A stretch of DNA of 64,000 nt, from assembly GCA_964016885.1 (NCBI GenBank), contig OZ024742.1, positions 106,206,001-106,270,000 of the forward strand, read 5' to 3'. A program made the translations under genes and the position numbers. Numbering within the stretch: position 1 is the first letter of the stretch; each line of letters opens with the position of its first letter. The notes under the pieces are model-generated. The model did not search any database and had not been told where the DNA came from. It saw nothing but the letters and a program-made list of their open reading frames with translations. This document shows, piece after piece, positions 13,646-28,635 of the stretch. This DNA comes from Eledone cirrhosa (Eukaryota).

Positions 13646-14389
13646 AGATAGATAGATAGATAGATAGATAAATAAATTTATATATATACGTGGATACAAT
13701 CACTGTCCTTTTGTCAAACAGGAACCATTATTATTGCCCTAAAGAAGTTGATATTGCCTATCATATCCTGAAGGAAATAGGTACTAGTGAAGTACTTAGT
13801 CAATATAATCGATAGTTTCACAATCAGCATTACTACACCACTAAATCTTGTGACCTTGGACAGAATTTAGAAAAACATTGTATAGCCCCTAAACACTTAT
13901 ACACAAAACTATAAGACGATTAAATACACACTTATTTCAATATACATCTCTAGTCGAGAGATAGTTCATTTATGTGTTCTTAACTTATAGAGGTCTGTAC
14001 ACTATGCCTTATACTTAGTCATGTACACGAACAGCCAGAGGCTTTTCAGGATTGTGGGCACATAGAGGCTGGATGATTACAGTGCAGCCAATGTTAGATT
14101 CATATAAAGCGATTTAGAGGAATTTAAAGGAATTCTAATGAATACGAATGATAGGAACAAATCGTTGGAAGAGTTTTGAGAATCAAAAATAGTCAAAACT
14201 TCATTTTGGTTTATACAAGAGCGAATGAGGAGTGGGGTGGTAAAAACATAAGAGAGTGGGATACATACACACACACATACTCGCGTCCGCGCACAAACTA
14301 TCCCGCACATTTATACTCACACATATACACACATTATCTCAGCACTCTATTCTTCTCTTTCTATTTCTCTCTCATCTCCCGCTTTTTCA

Positions 14390-15137
14390 CTCAGCCAGTT
14401 CGTCTTCAACCATCGCAGCACGCCGTCGCTGCTTGGCTCCAGTGTTTCGTTGGCGTTGTTCAGCCAGCTCCTCTTCATTCATGGCGGCACGTCTTCGCTT
14501 CTGAAGTTCGGCGTTCCGATGGCGCTGTTCGGCCCGTTTTTCTTCATTCCTGGCTGCACGCCGTCGCCGCTGTAGTTCACTGTTTGATAAAGTCGAATTG
14601 CTTTTATTATCAGTATTCATTTCGAGCAATTGTCAAAAAATGAGACGATAATAAATATAAAAGATGTCAGTCAATGTAAAAATAGGTCCCTATTTACTCC
14701 CTTCACAACTCTGAGTATGTTAGACTGACAGACAGACACACAGATAGATAAACTGCGTGACGATTGTGGAACGCCCCACGTATACACACATACACGTATG
14801 GAAACGTGCACACGCACGCAAACTTACACATGCACCCGTGCACTTACACATACTTACACACTCACACATGTTGTAGTTTTTACTTCCTGTGGAACGCTGT
14901 ACGCACGCACACACATAAACATACGCGCACGTATATACTCACGCACACATGGTAATAGTTACAGCGTTCACTTTGCCTCTCTGTTTCTTACTCTCCCCTC
15001 TCACTCCCTCATTGGCATTATGCGTATTAATTTAAGTTTGGCGTCGTTGAGGTGGGCGGAGTCGTTTGAAACCTATGAACCAATGATAATCGAGAATTAT
15101 GACACACGGACTACTGACGTTGAAATTAATATATAGA
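14390..15137 (-). mobile_element. Helitron 5' fragment, copy 1
   Basis: Starts TCTATATATTAATTTC; encodes R/E/Q-rich repeats (QRRRRAARNEE, QKRRRAAMNEEELAE) like RepHel N-termini. Confidence 0.6.
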
Positions 15138-15483
15138 CTAGCTGACGTACCCAGCTTCGCCCGGGTAAACAGATGATAAGAGAAGACAGGTAAAAGAGAA
15201 AATGACTGTATTGGATGTTTGTCAGCTTACAATATGAGGCGAGTCCGTGGTGTCTGTGTGATACAAAAGACAGTAAAAAAAATCTTCCAGATATACCAGA
15301 TTCTTCGTTTACTGTTTGTGCATAGTATATGAACAATTATAGGTGCTTCCCCCTAGAATAGTGACCCCTAGGAGATGGTTCATCGTCTGCCTGACTGTAA
15401 AACGTCTATCATTGCATAGACGTGGTTGTTCCACGTTTCTCAAAAGGATGATGGAAGTTCCAATCTTTTATATTATATGTAGA
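15138..15483 (-). mobile_element. Non-autonomous Helitron (~345 bp)
   Basis: Minus strand starts TCTACATATAATATAAAAG and ends cccgggcgaagctgggtacgtcagCTAG (subterminal hairpin plus CTAG). Confidence 0.72.
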
Positions 15484-15517
15484 TATAGATATAAATAATT
15501 AATATAAAAGATGATGC

Positions 15518-15992
15518 TCAGCCAGTTCGTCTTCAACCATCGCAGCACGCCGTCGCTGCTTGGCTCCAGTGTTTCGTTGGCGTTGTTCATCCAGCTTCTC
15601 TTCATTCATGGCGGCACGTCTTCGCCTCTGAAGTTCGGCGTCCGATGGCGCTGTACGGCCAGTTTTTCTTCATTCCTGGCTGCACGCCGTCGCCGCTGTA
15701 GTTCATTGTTTAATAAAGTCGAATTGCTTTTACTTTCTGTGGAACGCTGCACGCACGCACACACACATAAACATACGCGCACGTACATACACACGCACAC
15801 ATGGTAATAGTTACAGCGTTCACTTTGCTTCTCTGTTTCTTACTCTCCCCTCTCACTCCCTCATTGGCATTATGCATATTCATTTAAGTTTAGCGTCGTT
15901 GAGGTGGGCGGAGTCGTTTGAAACCTATGAACCAATGATAATCGAGAATTATGACACACGGAATACTGACATTGTTGAAATTAATATATAGA
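15518..15992 (-). mobile_element. Helitron 5' fragment, copy 2 (internally deleted duplicate of 14390-15137)
   Basis: High similarity to copy 1, the same TC start and the same distal breakpoint (ctcagccagttcgtc). Confidence 0.6.
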
Positions 15993-16010
15993 TATGTCTC
16001 TTTATCTCTT

Positions 16011-16095
<85 letters not shown>

Positions 16096-16097
<2 letters not shown>

Positions 16098-16291
16098 CGA
16101 AGGAGGTGTGGTAAGGAACCAGATGGACCATGACGCACCAGAATACTCAATACTTAGGGTAGTCGAGTGGGTAATAGGAAAATGTTTAACCCCGACGGCA
16201 GAGCTCAAGCCGTTTCGAAGGCTATTTCTGGAGTCCAGAAATAGCCATCGAAACGGCTTGGGCTCCGCCGACGGGGTTAAACATTTTCCTA
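16096..16291 (-). mobile_element. Family A hairpin insert in (TA)n
   Basis: Conserved aacgaagg...gagtgggtaa segment plus ~58-bp-arm hairpin (16175-16291) built from the 3' half of the HHR; TA tracts on both sides. Confidence 0.8.
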
Positions 16292-17267
16292 TATATATAT
16301 ATATATATATATATATGGGGGTGCTAGTGTGTGTGTGTGTATGTATTTATTTATGTATGTGTGTAGTGGTTAGGTGGTTCAGCCCATGACCGTAAGATCG
16401 TCAGTTCAATTCCCAGTGGTGAATTGTCTACTCACATAGTAAAAATGAGTTCTACTCGTAATTCAAAGAGCCATCTTTATCACATAGATTATCATGCTGA
16501 GACTCCCTTGAACTCTGTTCATGATGCACGTGTCTGTTAATTTAACGAGAAGGTTGTTCCGTTGTTCGTAAAACTGGAACCCTCATCGTCGAAACATACG
16601 GAGGTTCACCACACACACACATACATATAAATGTTGGTGAGGGAGAGAGAGAGAGTGAAGTGGTGGGCGATGATAGAAGGATTTGTGTGTATGTATTTGT
16701 CGATATGCACGTCTATCTGTGTGTAGGTTTGTATGGTTGATCCTGTAAATAAATATGTGTGGGGTTGCGTGTTTATTTATGTGTATGGGTATGTATGTGC
16801 GAGATTATGTGTTTATTTGTGTGTGTATGTGTATGGATTGTGTTTCTAATGTGTATGTGTGTGTATGTGCGTGTGTGTGTGCGCGCGTGTGTGAGTGTGT
16901 ATGTGTGTGTGTGTGTATGTGTGTGCGTGTGTGTGTGTGTGTAGCGCTGAGATTAAATAATGTTGTGTAGCTGACATATGATATTACATAGCAAGCTGGG
17001 GCTGGAGGTGAAAACAAAATAACGCCATCCTCCACACACACACACACACACATACACACACATATATATATACACAGTATTCTATGGGGTCGTAGTACGA
17101 GGGTGGGGTAATATTTGTTTATTTACGCAGCCTCCTTCAGTTGAACTGTGTCTCGGGGAAAGGCTGTGATGGTCGAAACTTTTAAAACTCGCAAACACAA
17201 ATAAGCGAAATCCGACAGCAACGAGCGATCTGTGTGTGTCTGTGCATGTGTATGTGTGTGTGTGTAT

Positions 17268-17407
<140 letters not shown>

Positions 17408-18671
17408 CTGTCTGTGTGGGTGAGTCGATGGGTTTTTAGCTAATTATAACCAGTTAAGTACAACATCCTACTTGAAACGGCTTCATGTTCTCCTCCTCTT
17501 TCACTATCACAACCATTTCTTCCACCTTTGCTTCCCTGAGACATTATCAGGAAGGTGTATGAGAGGGTTGGGGGTTAATGGGAGATAGTGGCGGTGTTCG
17601 AAGCTAATGTCTATTTCAGAACTCTATCATACTCAAAAGAACAGCAAAAAACACATACACACCTGCAGAAGTTCTTTAATAAATGAGGTTAAGGGGTTGC
17701 TGCTGCTGCTGTTGTTGGTGGTGGGGGTGATGGTGGTGGTGATGATGATGGTAATGGTGGGACTCTTGGTGGTGATGTTGTGGATGATGATGACGATGAG
17801 GAGGATGTTTAATCTCTAGGTTGGCTCTGATCAACAGGACCGATGATGATGACCGCAATGTCTCTTTTGGGCGGGAGGTTTTCTTTTTCCTCAAGAAGAC
17901 TCCATAATCTAATGTGTACTTTATATTTTAAGATGGTGAGATCTGTGGAAGATTTGAATACTATTTCTAGCAAATTAAGTGACTGCATAGAATTTTTTTT
18001 ATTTGGGCTGTATATTTAGGAGTTCTTTTCTTTTTGTTAATTGGTTTGTTTGTGTGTAGGCTGTGTTTCAATTGAATGTAAACTCACTCAAAATGATAAA
18101 TAGATGGGAAAACTTTAATGATCAGAAGGAATTTTCTCTCACCCCCCTTCTCCCTCTCTGTGTGCGCGTGTGTGTTAACATATGGTCTAACATTGGGCTT
18201 AGTGAATACAGAATGCGGAATACATATTCAATACGATATATTCTGGAATACATATATTCGGTAATGGAAGACCGAGATACAGATGCGATATATATATATT
18301 TTAATTCTAACTATTGTAATATTTCATTACCTGGAAAGCTTCTATCATTTCACAGTAGTCTAGATCCACAGGCAGCGAATTCGCAGAGCCGTTAAAACGT
18401 CGGATAAAATGCTTTGCGGTATTCGTTCCGGCTCTCTGTGTCCTATTATTTCAAATCCCACCGTGGTCAACCTTGGCATTCATCATTTCGAGATCGATTC
18501 TTGCTCTATATTTCTTTTTCATTTCCTCCCTCTCACTATCTACTACCATGCGGCTACGGCTCCATCAGGTGTTCATAATATATCTAGCTTCAAAACCTGC
18601 CTATGTCAACTTTGCTGCTCATCATTTTGGAGTAAAAAGAAAAGTATCAGTCCAGTATTGGGAGCGATTCT

Positions 18672-18762
<91 letters not shown>

Positions 18763-20559
18763 TCTCTCTCTCTCTCAGTAAGAAATCGGAAAGCGATGGA
18801 CTCCGCTAGGCTTAAGGTGCCATGTATGTCAATACGGCGCCCATGTGAAATACGTGTCCACACATACATAATCTAGATCGGTAAGGGCGCTGAGATATTT
18901 TGTCATAAAAAAGACTGTGTAATGACTTGTCAATGAACGAACTATTCTAAGTGTTCATGTGTTGTGTTATGTTGATTTACCAACAAACCGAGTTAACCAT
19001 CCTATTAGGAGTTTTCACTGTAACTAACTCTTTTTATTTTAAGTTAATAAATACTGTGGAAGTTGCTTATTATAATCAAAGAGAATGCTATCAATCAATT
19101 ATTGTTATCAAAATTTATTGATAAAAAATTCTTGCTATTGAAAAAAGCTTCATTCAAAAGTGATTACAATCAGTGGCTTCTACTGTGTCTTTGAAAAAGA
19201 TTGAACTTCACACACACACACACTGTCCGTCTAGTGTTTATCTCAAACCTTACTTTGATACAAGAAATTCGTTAAAAAGTGAAAAACCAAAATTAAAAAG
19301 AAACTTTAAGAACTATTTTTGAAGATGGAATCTACTGTTTTGCCTTCATATTGCGAGTGAGAAGTATCAAGCATCTGAACAAGAAAAGCACATGAAGTCA
19401 AGTTGAGTGAAATGATTCAACAAATAGTTCAAATCGCTTCGTCGAGATACATTTCGAGATAAGAAGTTCATTTCCAGCTGAACGAACGGAATCAAAATTT
19501 GAGCGAGATCAAAATTTGAGCGGGATAGAAATTAAAAAAGTAACAAAAAAAAAAGAACAAAACAAAAAATAAATAATAATTCGAATCAGTTTCTACGACT
19601 TCTCCAGCTGGACTTAATTTTAAATTCTAATTGAATACTTTGAAAGCTATATTTTCGTTAAATTAATAACAAAAATATGTGCAAAAGGAAGCTGTCTTGT
19701 AAGATATCTTTCTATTACATATTCACTATGTATCTCGATGTCACACTTTAGTTTCCATTAGCCTAACATGTGTTTTGATAGAATCTTCAGTTGTTTTTCT
19801 ATCGTATATTCAAGACACGCCTCTCTTAACCTGACTCTCAGTCAGACAGCTGTCGCTTTCTTACAAGGTTTGGAATTTTATTTTGTTGTTTTGTTTTATT
19901 TTTAGTTTGTGTTTTTCAGCATTTGTAGCAAGAAAAAAAAAAACCCAAATAGCTAAAGGCCCTGCACCAGCATGGCCTTGGCTGTGATTGAAAAAACAAA
20001 CTAAAGAACTATAAAGCCAATAAAAACACTGATATTTCTATCAACCTAAAGTATCACCATCACCCCAACCATTAGACAGAGCTCTCTAGACAAGGCACAC
20101 CAACCATAAATACCTATTTTGTAAGGGTAAAAAATAGAGGTGAAAGACAAAATTAACTTTGCCAGGATTTGAACAAGTAATGTAATGAGGCGTAACTAAA
20201 TACCGTAAGCAGTATATACGCCGTTGTATCTATTCTACCATCCACCACACCTTTTTGGGTTAATTACTAACTCGAGAGGCTAAATGTGTTCGGTTGTCCG
20301 GCTAAAAATATCAAGCAAATCTTCCTCAAACTACACCATCTTAAAAAAGGGGGCGATTTTACAATGTATATTTATCTCTCTGGGCCATAATACCTGATGG
20401 ATGTTAAGGAACGGCGTCCTGAAATACTGCGTGTCTTTGGCACTTTAAAACTAGCATAGCCCAACCCCTCTCCAAATTGGAACAAAAACTATTTCTTCCA
20501 AAGAATGAGAGAGACTGAGAAAAAGGAAATGAGAAAGAGATGTAGAAAACGAATTCATG

Positions 20560-21105
20560 CCACAGTACTGAATTGGTACTTTATTTATCGACAACGAAAT
20601 GATGAAAAGCAAGGATGACCTTGACGAGATTTAAACTCAAAACGTAGAAAACCGGAACGAATACGCATAACAATCTATCTGACATATTAACGACTCTGTC
20701 AATTGGCCGCCTACACACCGTATATAATTGTTTCTACTTTTGGCACAAAGCCAGCAATTATCCCAGTGCATTACTGGTACTTTATTTGATCGACCCCGTA
20801 AAGACGTAAGACAAAGTTAACCTCGGCACGATTTGAACTCAGATCGCAAAGGGCCGTAACTCTATGCTGCAAAGCATGGCGTCCGACCCTCTACCGATAC
20901 TGCCAATCCGACACACTGTATATAATTGTTTTTACTTTTGGCACAAGGCCAGAAATTACCCAGTACATTACTGGTACTTTATTTTATCGACCCCGTAAGG
21001 ATGAAAGGCAAAGTTAACCTTGGCGGGATTTGAACTCAGAATGGCAAGAGCCGTAACTCTATGCGTCAAAACATCGTGTCCAACCCTCTACCGATACTGC
21101 CAGTC
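20560..21105 (-). mobile_element. Cluster of three major-family SINEs
   Basis: Reverse-complement copies at ~20560-20712 (old), 20725-20912 and 20923-21105. Confidence 0.8.
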
Positions 21106-21489
21106 CTGGGAAGTAAAAAGACTTGAAGATTCTAGTTTCAATACCGTCGATCAGACTTCATTTTGTGTTAACTGCAAGTTACTGCTTTCTTACAAATATA
21201 CAGGACCTTTGATATAGTTGATAGATATAAGCACGACTCCAGAATTCAACTGATACATATTTTATCAATCTCGAATCGCATTAAACCTCAAAACGTTGAA
21301 GGCTGAAACGAAATTCCACAAAGAGTTTTGCCCGATCAGCTAACGATGCTCTGACAACCTCCAGCCATAATTAATTAGTAATACTTATATATTTTACTTC
21401 GGATTTTTAAAAACTGAAGTGTGAAGGAATGAAATTGATATTGTGATTTTTTTTGTCAGATAACTACAGACATACACACACACACAAAT

Positions 21490-21598
<109 letters not shown>

Positions 21599-21682
21599 TG
21601 TATGTATATATGCATGTATATATATATGTATATATATATATATATGTATGTATATATATATGTATGCATATATATATATATG

Positions 21683-21765
<83 letters not shown>

Positions 21766-21998
21766 GTGTGTGTGTATGTATATATACTTCTTTCTCTCCC
21801 CTTTATTTCTCTCTCTTCTTCCAACAGTATAATTTAAATAAACGGCTTTTTTTTTCAATCTTTCGCACATTCATTTGGATAATCACACAGAACTTTGTAT
21901 TACCCTCAATAAAAAATGTGTTTCCACTATCCAGTGAACTTTCAACCGTCAAGGTTGTTTTTTCCACGGTTATGTCAATATTTATAAAACAAATCTTG

Positions 21999-22063
21999 TA
22001 TTTTATCTGATGAAAGCGCACCAAGAATGCCTTGGTTGTCCGTGAAATATATATAATAAAATA
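21999..22063 (+). ncRNA. Minimal type I hammerhead ribozyme (family D, diverged copy)
   Basis: UAUUUUAU CUGAUGA aagcgcACCAAG-aaugc-CUUGGUuguccgu GAAA UAUAUA UA AUAAAAUA: perfect 8-bp stem I, eroded base of stem II. About 130 bp downstream is homologous to 9840-9965. Confidence 0.7.
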
Positions 22064-22193
22064 ATTATGGTTTTATAAATTATTTCCATTTATTATTATA
22101 TTGAATATTTACTTCAGTAAACTGTTGTGTGCTTTATGTCAGTTATAAACTTTTAAGCTTGTTGGAATCCCAACAAATTAAATAAAGTTACCA

Positions 22194-22245
22194 ACTATAT
22201 TGTATTGTGTGGATAATTGGCTGTATTATTTTATATGAGATATAT

Positions 22246-22301
<56 letters not shown>

Positions 22302-22544
22302 ATATAAAATAATTGTTTCTACTTTTGGCACAAGGCCAGCAATTACCCAGTGCATTACTGCTACTTTATTTTATCGACCCTGTAAGGATGAAAGGCAAAG
22401 TCAACCTCGGCGGGATTTGAACTCAGATCGTAAAGGGACGTAACTATGCTGGAAAGCATGGCGTCCGACCCTCTACCGACACTGCCAATCCACCGCCTCA
22501 TATAAAATAATACAGCCAATTATCCACACAATACAATATAGTTA
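22194..22544. repeat. ~46-bp inverted repeats flanking a TA tract and a SINE
   Basis: aactatattgtattgtgtggataattggctgtattattttatatgag and its reverse complement at 22498-22544. Confidence 0.8.
22310..22497 (-). mobile_element. Full-length major-family SINE
   Basis: Reverse complement of the 7298 copy type. Confidence 0.85.
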
Positions 22545-22651
22545 GCACTCCAAACTTTTAATTGGGAATATACTCCGGTATTTCCTAATGTTTGTTGAGT
22601 GAGTCGGAAATTGGTCGGAGTATCGTTAATAGCTTTCTCCGTTTATGTAGT

Positions 22652-22687
<36 letters not shown>

Positions 22688-22814
22688 GTGTGTGTGTGTA
22701 TATATGTGCGTGTGTATATATATATGTGTATATATATATGTATATATATATGTATATATGTACATATATATATATATACATATATATATACATACACACA
22801 CACACACACACATT

Positions 22815-22851
<37 letters not shown>

Positions 22852-25800
22852 CTTGGCACATATTGTGTAACCTGTCCCCTTTGAAAAACCGACAAAACAT
22901 CTACACTTCATATCATTAAATTTGACTTAGCGTTATTTCTTAATCTATGTAATCACTACGTAAATTAATTATGTAATTGATGCCTTATTTTATTTCATTG
23001 GATACATTCTACTTAACACATAAACGATTAGTAGTACTAGGCGCACTACATATAGCGTTTGGAAGTCGTTGTATTGCAAATGAACACTTGATGTTATTCC
23101 AAACGCATTGATTCAAACATATTTATTTATATGTAAACATATCTACAGTCTATGTGATATATTTACATTAATAAGAAAAACATCCTTTTAAACATATCCA
23201 TTTAACATAATTATATTCTAAGATATATGTTTAATTGAAGGCCGTGAATTGGCAGAGTCGTTAGAGTGTTAAGTAGAATAATTCGCGGTTTTCGTTTCAA
23301 TTTTTTGCGCTCTGATTTCAAATCTCAGCGTGGTCAAATTTGTCTTTCATTCGGTCGACGTCGATAGGGTTAATTAATTTTGTAGTGTAGTGGCTGTGGA
23401 AAAAGATGTTATATGCTGAATACGACTAAGATGACCTAGGACAAGCCTTCATCGACGTATTAATTTTTTTCTTGAAAAGAAAAATGGCTTTTGTTGAAAT
23501 GTGGGTAAGAATAGTGAGTATGTAGACCTGTAGATCGTGAAATAATAGCTAAGAAGGGAAACACTTGCTTTTGTAAGTCAGTGTAATCTAGGGTCTGTAG
23601 AGCGCCTTGGTTGGCCCAATGTATCTGTCCCCTCCATTGAGGACTATTTCTTTGTTGGTACTTAAGTTTTGTTTGTCATTTTCTATTTACACAATCGTGC
23701 TATAATTTAAAGTTTGTTCCCAACCATGATGTTTATTACACCGGAGTTTAATCCGGTTTCATTAGCATTAAGCTACTGGACAGGACGCCAGTCTATCTCA
23801 GGGTTAAATGCTAGCTGTTGGCGGTACTCATTACCAGCTGAGTTGACTGGAGTAACGTGAATTGAAGTGTTTCGCTCAAGAACACAACGCGCCACTCGGT
23901 CGAGATATAAGTACCACGGCATTACAATCGTAAATTCAATGCTCTAAACACTAAACCAAGCGCCTACAATTTGTTGTATCCTGTTCTTTATACACTCTCT
24001 ATAGTATTTGAGCCCCTACGCCTAAATTAGAAATTATTTATTTATTGTGTGTGGGGGGCTACTATTATTATTACGCTCTCATTAGTGCACACATTGTACT
24101 CTCCTATTTCATCCCCTGTTTGTTCCCTTTCTTTTTTTTCTCCCTCTTTAACGAGGTTGTTAAATAACTCCTTACGCCGAGTACATTTATTAGATTGCTA
24201 CTTTTATTGATTGCAATTTCCTGAAAATATTTTGTATTCTTTGGCAATAGTTATCTTCCAAAACTTCAATCACACATGGAATGAAGAAAAGATTTTCGTT
24301 TGTCTGCAAGTTCTTGAGGGATAATTTTTTGCTTTCTTGTTTAATTGCATTGCGATCTTTTATGAGACTATTGGGAAAGTTCTTGCTTCCATTGCCCCAC
24401 ATTTTCATTATTATACACATTTGCCAGACTTTGTATCTGTTTAAGAGAACATTTTCTCCTTCAATTGAGATGTTTCTTTATATATTTTTATCGGCCGGAC
24501 AAGACACATCAATCAGTGTACAAATCTGACAAATTTGCTATTTCATGACAATCTCTGTGTTGACAGCTTTGGCTCCCCAGTCTACTATTACGCATAGTAG
24601 GTGGCCAATAAAATCATCATCATCATCATTATTATCATTATTATCAGTGGATTGGCAGAATCGTTAACATGTTGGATGAAATGCATTATAGTATTTCGGT
24701 TTCCAATCCCGCCGATGTCAAATTTACGGTTCCTCCAGCCAGAGTCGATAAAATAACGTACCAGTCAATTACTAGGATCGATTTAATCGATGTTTTCTTC
24801 CTTGTGCTAAAATATTATTGGTTGTTATGAGCAGAGATGTTTTCACCTCACTCCGAGGATTTTCTTTTATTACTAAGAACAACCGAAGTAAATATATTCC
24901 TTTTCGGAACAGAGCACTAAAGACTTTCGTTTTATAAGGTATATCTTATGTTTTAGTCGTCCTGTAATTATATATGCATATATAATGAACATATTACGAC
25001 AAATGTTTGCTTATTAATCTTTCCCTAGCGTTTGATTGTTATATCTAGAAGGTTTACCTTGATCAGTCTATAGAATCCTGCCCCATGTGATTGAGGTCAG
25101 GTCCTGGTGTTACCATCTACCGTGTTTAGTGAATGTTTATAATAGTTCGCATCAGTTTTCACGTCGACGTATTGGCATACTATCCAGTCGACATACCTAT
25201 CTTATTTTCTATTACATATAATGAGTGGTTCTCTTCTTAAAACGATAGAGTTCGGCATATTAGATTGTTGTTTCTTGGCGGTTAAACGATTATGTAAAAG
25301 TTCTCTCTTTCTTGCTGGTGATGCCGCTTATTTGATCACTGCTTTTGATAAAACTATCGGCAAATATGCTGTGTACGACACTTCTGAGTATGACAAGAAA
25401 GAACGAGGCAGCAATCTTTTACTCACGATTGCAATTAAACGAAAATGTCTTCGCAAGTTTATTAATTCTTTTTTAAACTAATACTTGCTATAGTAAGAGG
25501 TTTTATTTTGCTTGAAGCATTGTTTAAAGTGTAAAAAATTGTGTGTTTAGAAGGCTACAGCAATGCAAAACCTACCACAAGTATCTTGCTCCGAATCAGT
25601 TTCCTGATTTTTTCTTTTGATTAGTACATTATTTTATTGTCCTTGGGAGTATGAAAGGCAAAGTTGACCATTCCAATTGAAATTCTCTGAAAGAACAAGG
25701 AAGCTTCTCTTTTATCACAGCAAGTGTCAACCAAGCTATTTTATGTAGACGGCAGTGGAATGACCAGTCCTTCAACAAACATTCTACCAGCACATAAGAA

Positions 25801-26736
25801 ATATCAGCTAAATCCCCTTCAAATCTCACACTATCGCAATGAAAAGGAAAACATAAAGTTACATTGATAATGATACTTTTGTTCATAGATCTGCTTTATG
25901 AACACAACAAACTAAGAAATATGAGGTAATGTAAGACTTGCAACTTTCTCACGCGACACTCCCTATCAAATCGATACCAACTTAAAAAAGACGGAATTCA
26001 TTATAGAATATATTGGTACATGATAATAAAAAGACAGGTCCGTCGCAGCTGGAATATGTCTGCTCGATCAGTTTTGTCCTCGGGCTAAAAGAACAGCAAC
26101 AACTTTTAAAATAAATCCTCTTTTTCTCTTGCAATCTGTATGAGACAGAGACAGAAAGTCTTACCTCATCTATTTCACTGTTATCCTCCTAATTTTCACA
26201 TACGGGTGAGCATAAAGAGGTGGTTGGGTGGGTAATACTTTGGTGCCAGACCGTCCAGAATGATAAGCGTTGATAACTTCTTTTTCTCTCTTTCTCCATG
26301 TATCTACAGGTTACGTACAGATCTTTCAGAAGGTTTAAATATTTAGGGTAGCGCCTGTCTTTATCGAAGACCCCCACCCATATCACATCACTTTCGCGTC
26401 GTCAGCCACTCGCCATGGGGGGTAGGGAGACAAGATGATGTTATTAAAATATTTATAATCTTAAAAGATTTGGTCAATCGATAAATCGAGGTCCTCTCTT
26501 ATAAGCCGCGCAACAAGGGGTATATATCACAGCATATGAATGTGTGTGAGAGATAGAGAAAGATAGTGAGAGACAGTGTATGTACATGTAAACAGATGCG
26601 GTGACATGCGCACACCCATACATAAACATACATATATTACATGCACATTGTATATATATATATATATGTGTGCCTGTGTGTGTGTGTGTGTGTGTGTGTG
26701 TACATATGATTACACACACACGCGCGCGCCGCACAC

Positions 26737-26834
<98 letters not shown>

Positions 26835-27401
26835 GAGTGTATGTTGTATTTCGGATTATAGATAGTAAAAATTAAGCACATACACTGAATCAAACGAAGT
26901 TAAAACAAACCCAACAAAAGCAGATGATACACAAAGTTGGACAGACAACACTTAGCAATGTAGGAAGGAATTTTACGAATGAATGCTAATCTCAAATGAA
27001 TATATAAACATTTCAGTAATATTTATCTGTTTGATTTGATTTTCGTTTATCAAATAAATACACTTGATATCTACGAAAAGGTTTCATTCCCTACAATGAT
27101 ATTTTAAAACCTACTGTGTACTTCTGTCTAAAATCTAAAAATCTTATAGTTGTCCGTTTCCTCCTTATCTTCAGTTGTTATTGTTTTATTTTTTATATAT
27201 ATTTTGACTTGATGTTAGCCGTCGTCTGGGTACAATTCTTTTTTAATCAGATTTCGCATTACATATCCTCTTAGCATAGCCAAATCATAACCAGTTTTAT
27301 ATCAGCTGTCCTCTTATCAAAAGAGCTCTGGTATAGAAACTACCCCCTTCGTACAACACTACTAACTTCATGCCGGACTATTTATCGCCTTAACTCTTTC
27401 G

Positions 27402-27756
27402 CAGACCTGTCAACTCTCCCCGTCCGACGGGGAGATCTCTCACCCTCTTTGGAGTGGGTGAGAGATGTCTTCTCTTCTGAAAATTGGTATAGCATTCATT
27501 GACGCCATGCTTTGACGTATAGAGTTACGGCCCTTGCCATTCTGAGTTCAAATCCCGCCGAGGTTAACTTTGCCTTTCATCCTTACGGGGTCGATAAAAT
27601 AAAGTACCAGTAATGAACTGGATATTTGCTGGCCTTGTTCCAAAAGTAGAAACAATTATGTAAAATCTCCCCATTTTGCCGCATTTCTCTCTGTTTTGTG
27701 GCACTTTGTTTCATGGTACTCCTCCCCGTTTGAGGTTTTAGGGGTTGACAGATCTT
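27402..27756. mobile_element. Second copy of the 7825 MITE, opposite orientation, interrupted by a SINE (~27500-27658)
   Basis: cagacctgtcaactctcccc...ggggttgacagatct; internal homology to 7825-8019. Confidence 0.75.
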
Positions 27757-28027
27757 CCTTTGTTACTGTGACGTTCAAATAATTCTGAAATAATCAATAA
27801 TGTGGGGGTATTTAATAATTGTCTCTACTTTTGGCACAAGGCCATCAATTACCCAGTGCATTACTGGTACTTTATTTTATCGACCCCGTAAGGATGAAAG
27901 GCAAAGTTAACCTCGGCGGGGGTATTTAATAATATAACTAACTTTGCTTTCTCATAGTTAAACTGCTGCTTGCTTGGAACATAAAATGTCTTATATAAAA
28001 TTATAATGTGTATATATGTATATATAT

Positions 28028-28066
<39 letters not shown>

Positions 28067-28353
28067 TATGTCGATCAATTGGTTATTGATTAGGCGATAC
28101 CCGCTGATGAAGCCGCATAAGCCGATTGTGCATTGTTGCATAATATATCCAGACAGATGGTGCAGTGCACCTTACTGTTGCATTAGTGCTGCAGAAACTC
28201 GAGTCCGGGAACCTTATAGGCACCCGTTTTACATGTGTTGTGTTGAGGCAAATAACTATGTGTATACTCTGGGAATGTATCTTACATTGCCCATTGAGTG
28301 CGCTGAGATACAACCGGTACTGGCATTGATAAATATGCTGGGTCCGTCAACCC

Positions 28354-28423
<70 letters not shown>

Positions 28424-28486
28424 TATATATAGTATGTAACGTTTTTCGAAATATTTACTTATGCGTTCTCACAGATTGATTTTTTT

Positions 28487-28537
28487 AGTTTCAGAAGATT
28501 CCGTTGAGGGTGAAAGCAGCGATTCTTCGCTTAAACT
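28487..28537 (+). ncRNA. Hammerhead-like motif with U4A core (family E, solo copy)
   Basis: AGUUU CAGAAGA uUCC-guuga-GGGu GAAA GC..GC UU AAACU, followed by the same tail (ttaatctgttatttt) running into (TA)n. Confidence 0.55.
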
Positions 28538-28545
28538 TTAATCTG

Positions 28546-28632
<87 letters not shown>

Positions 28633-28635
<3 letters not shown>

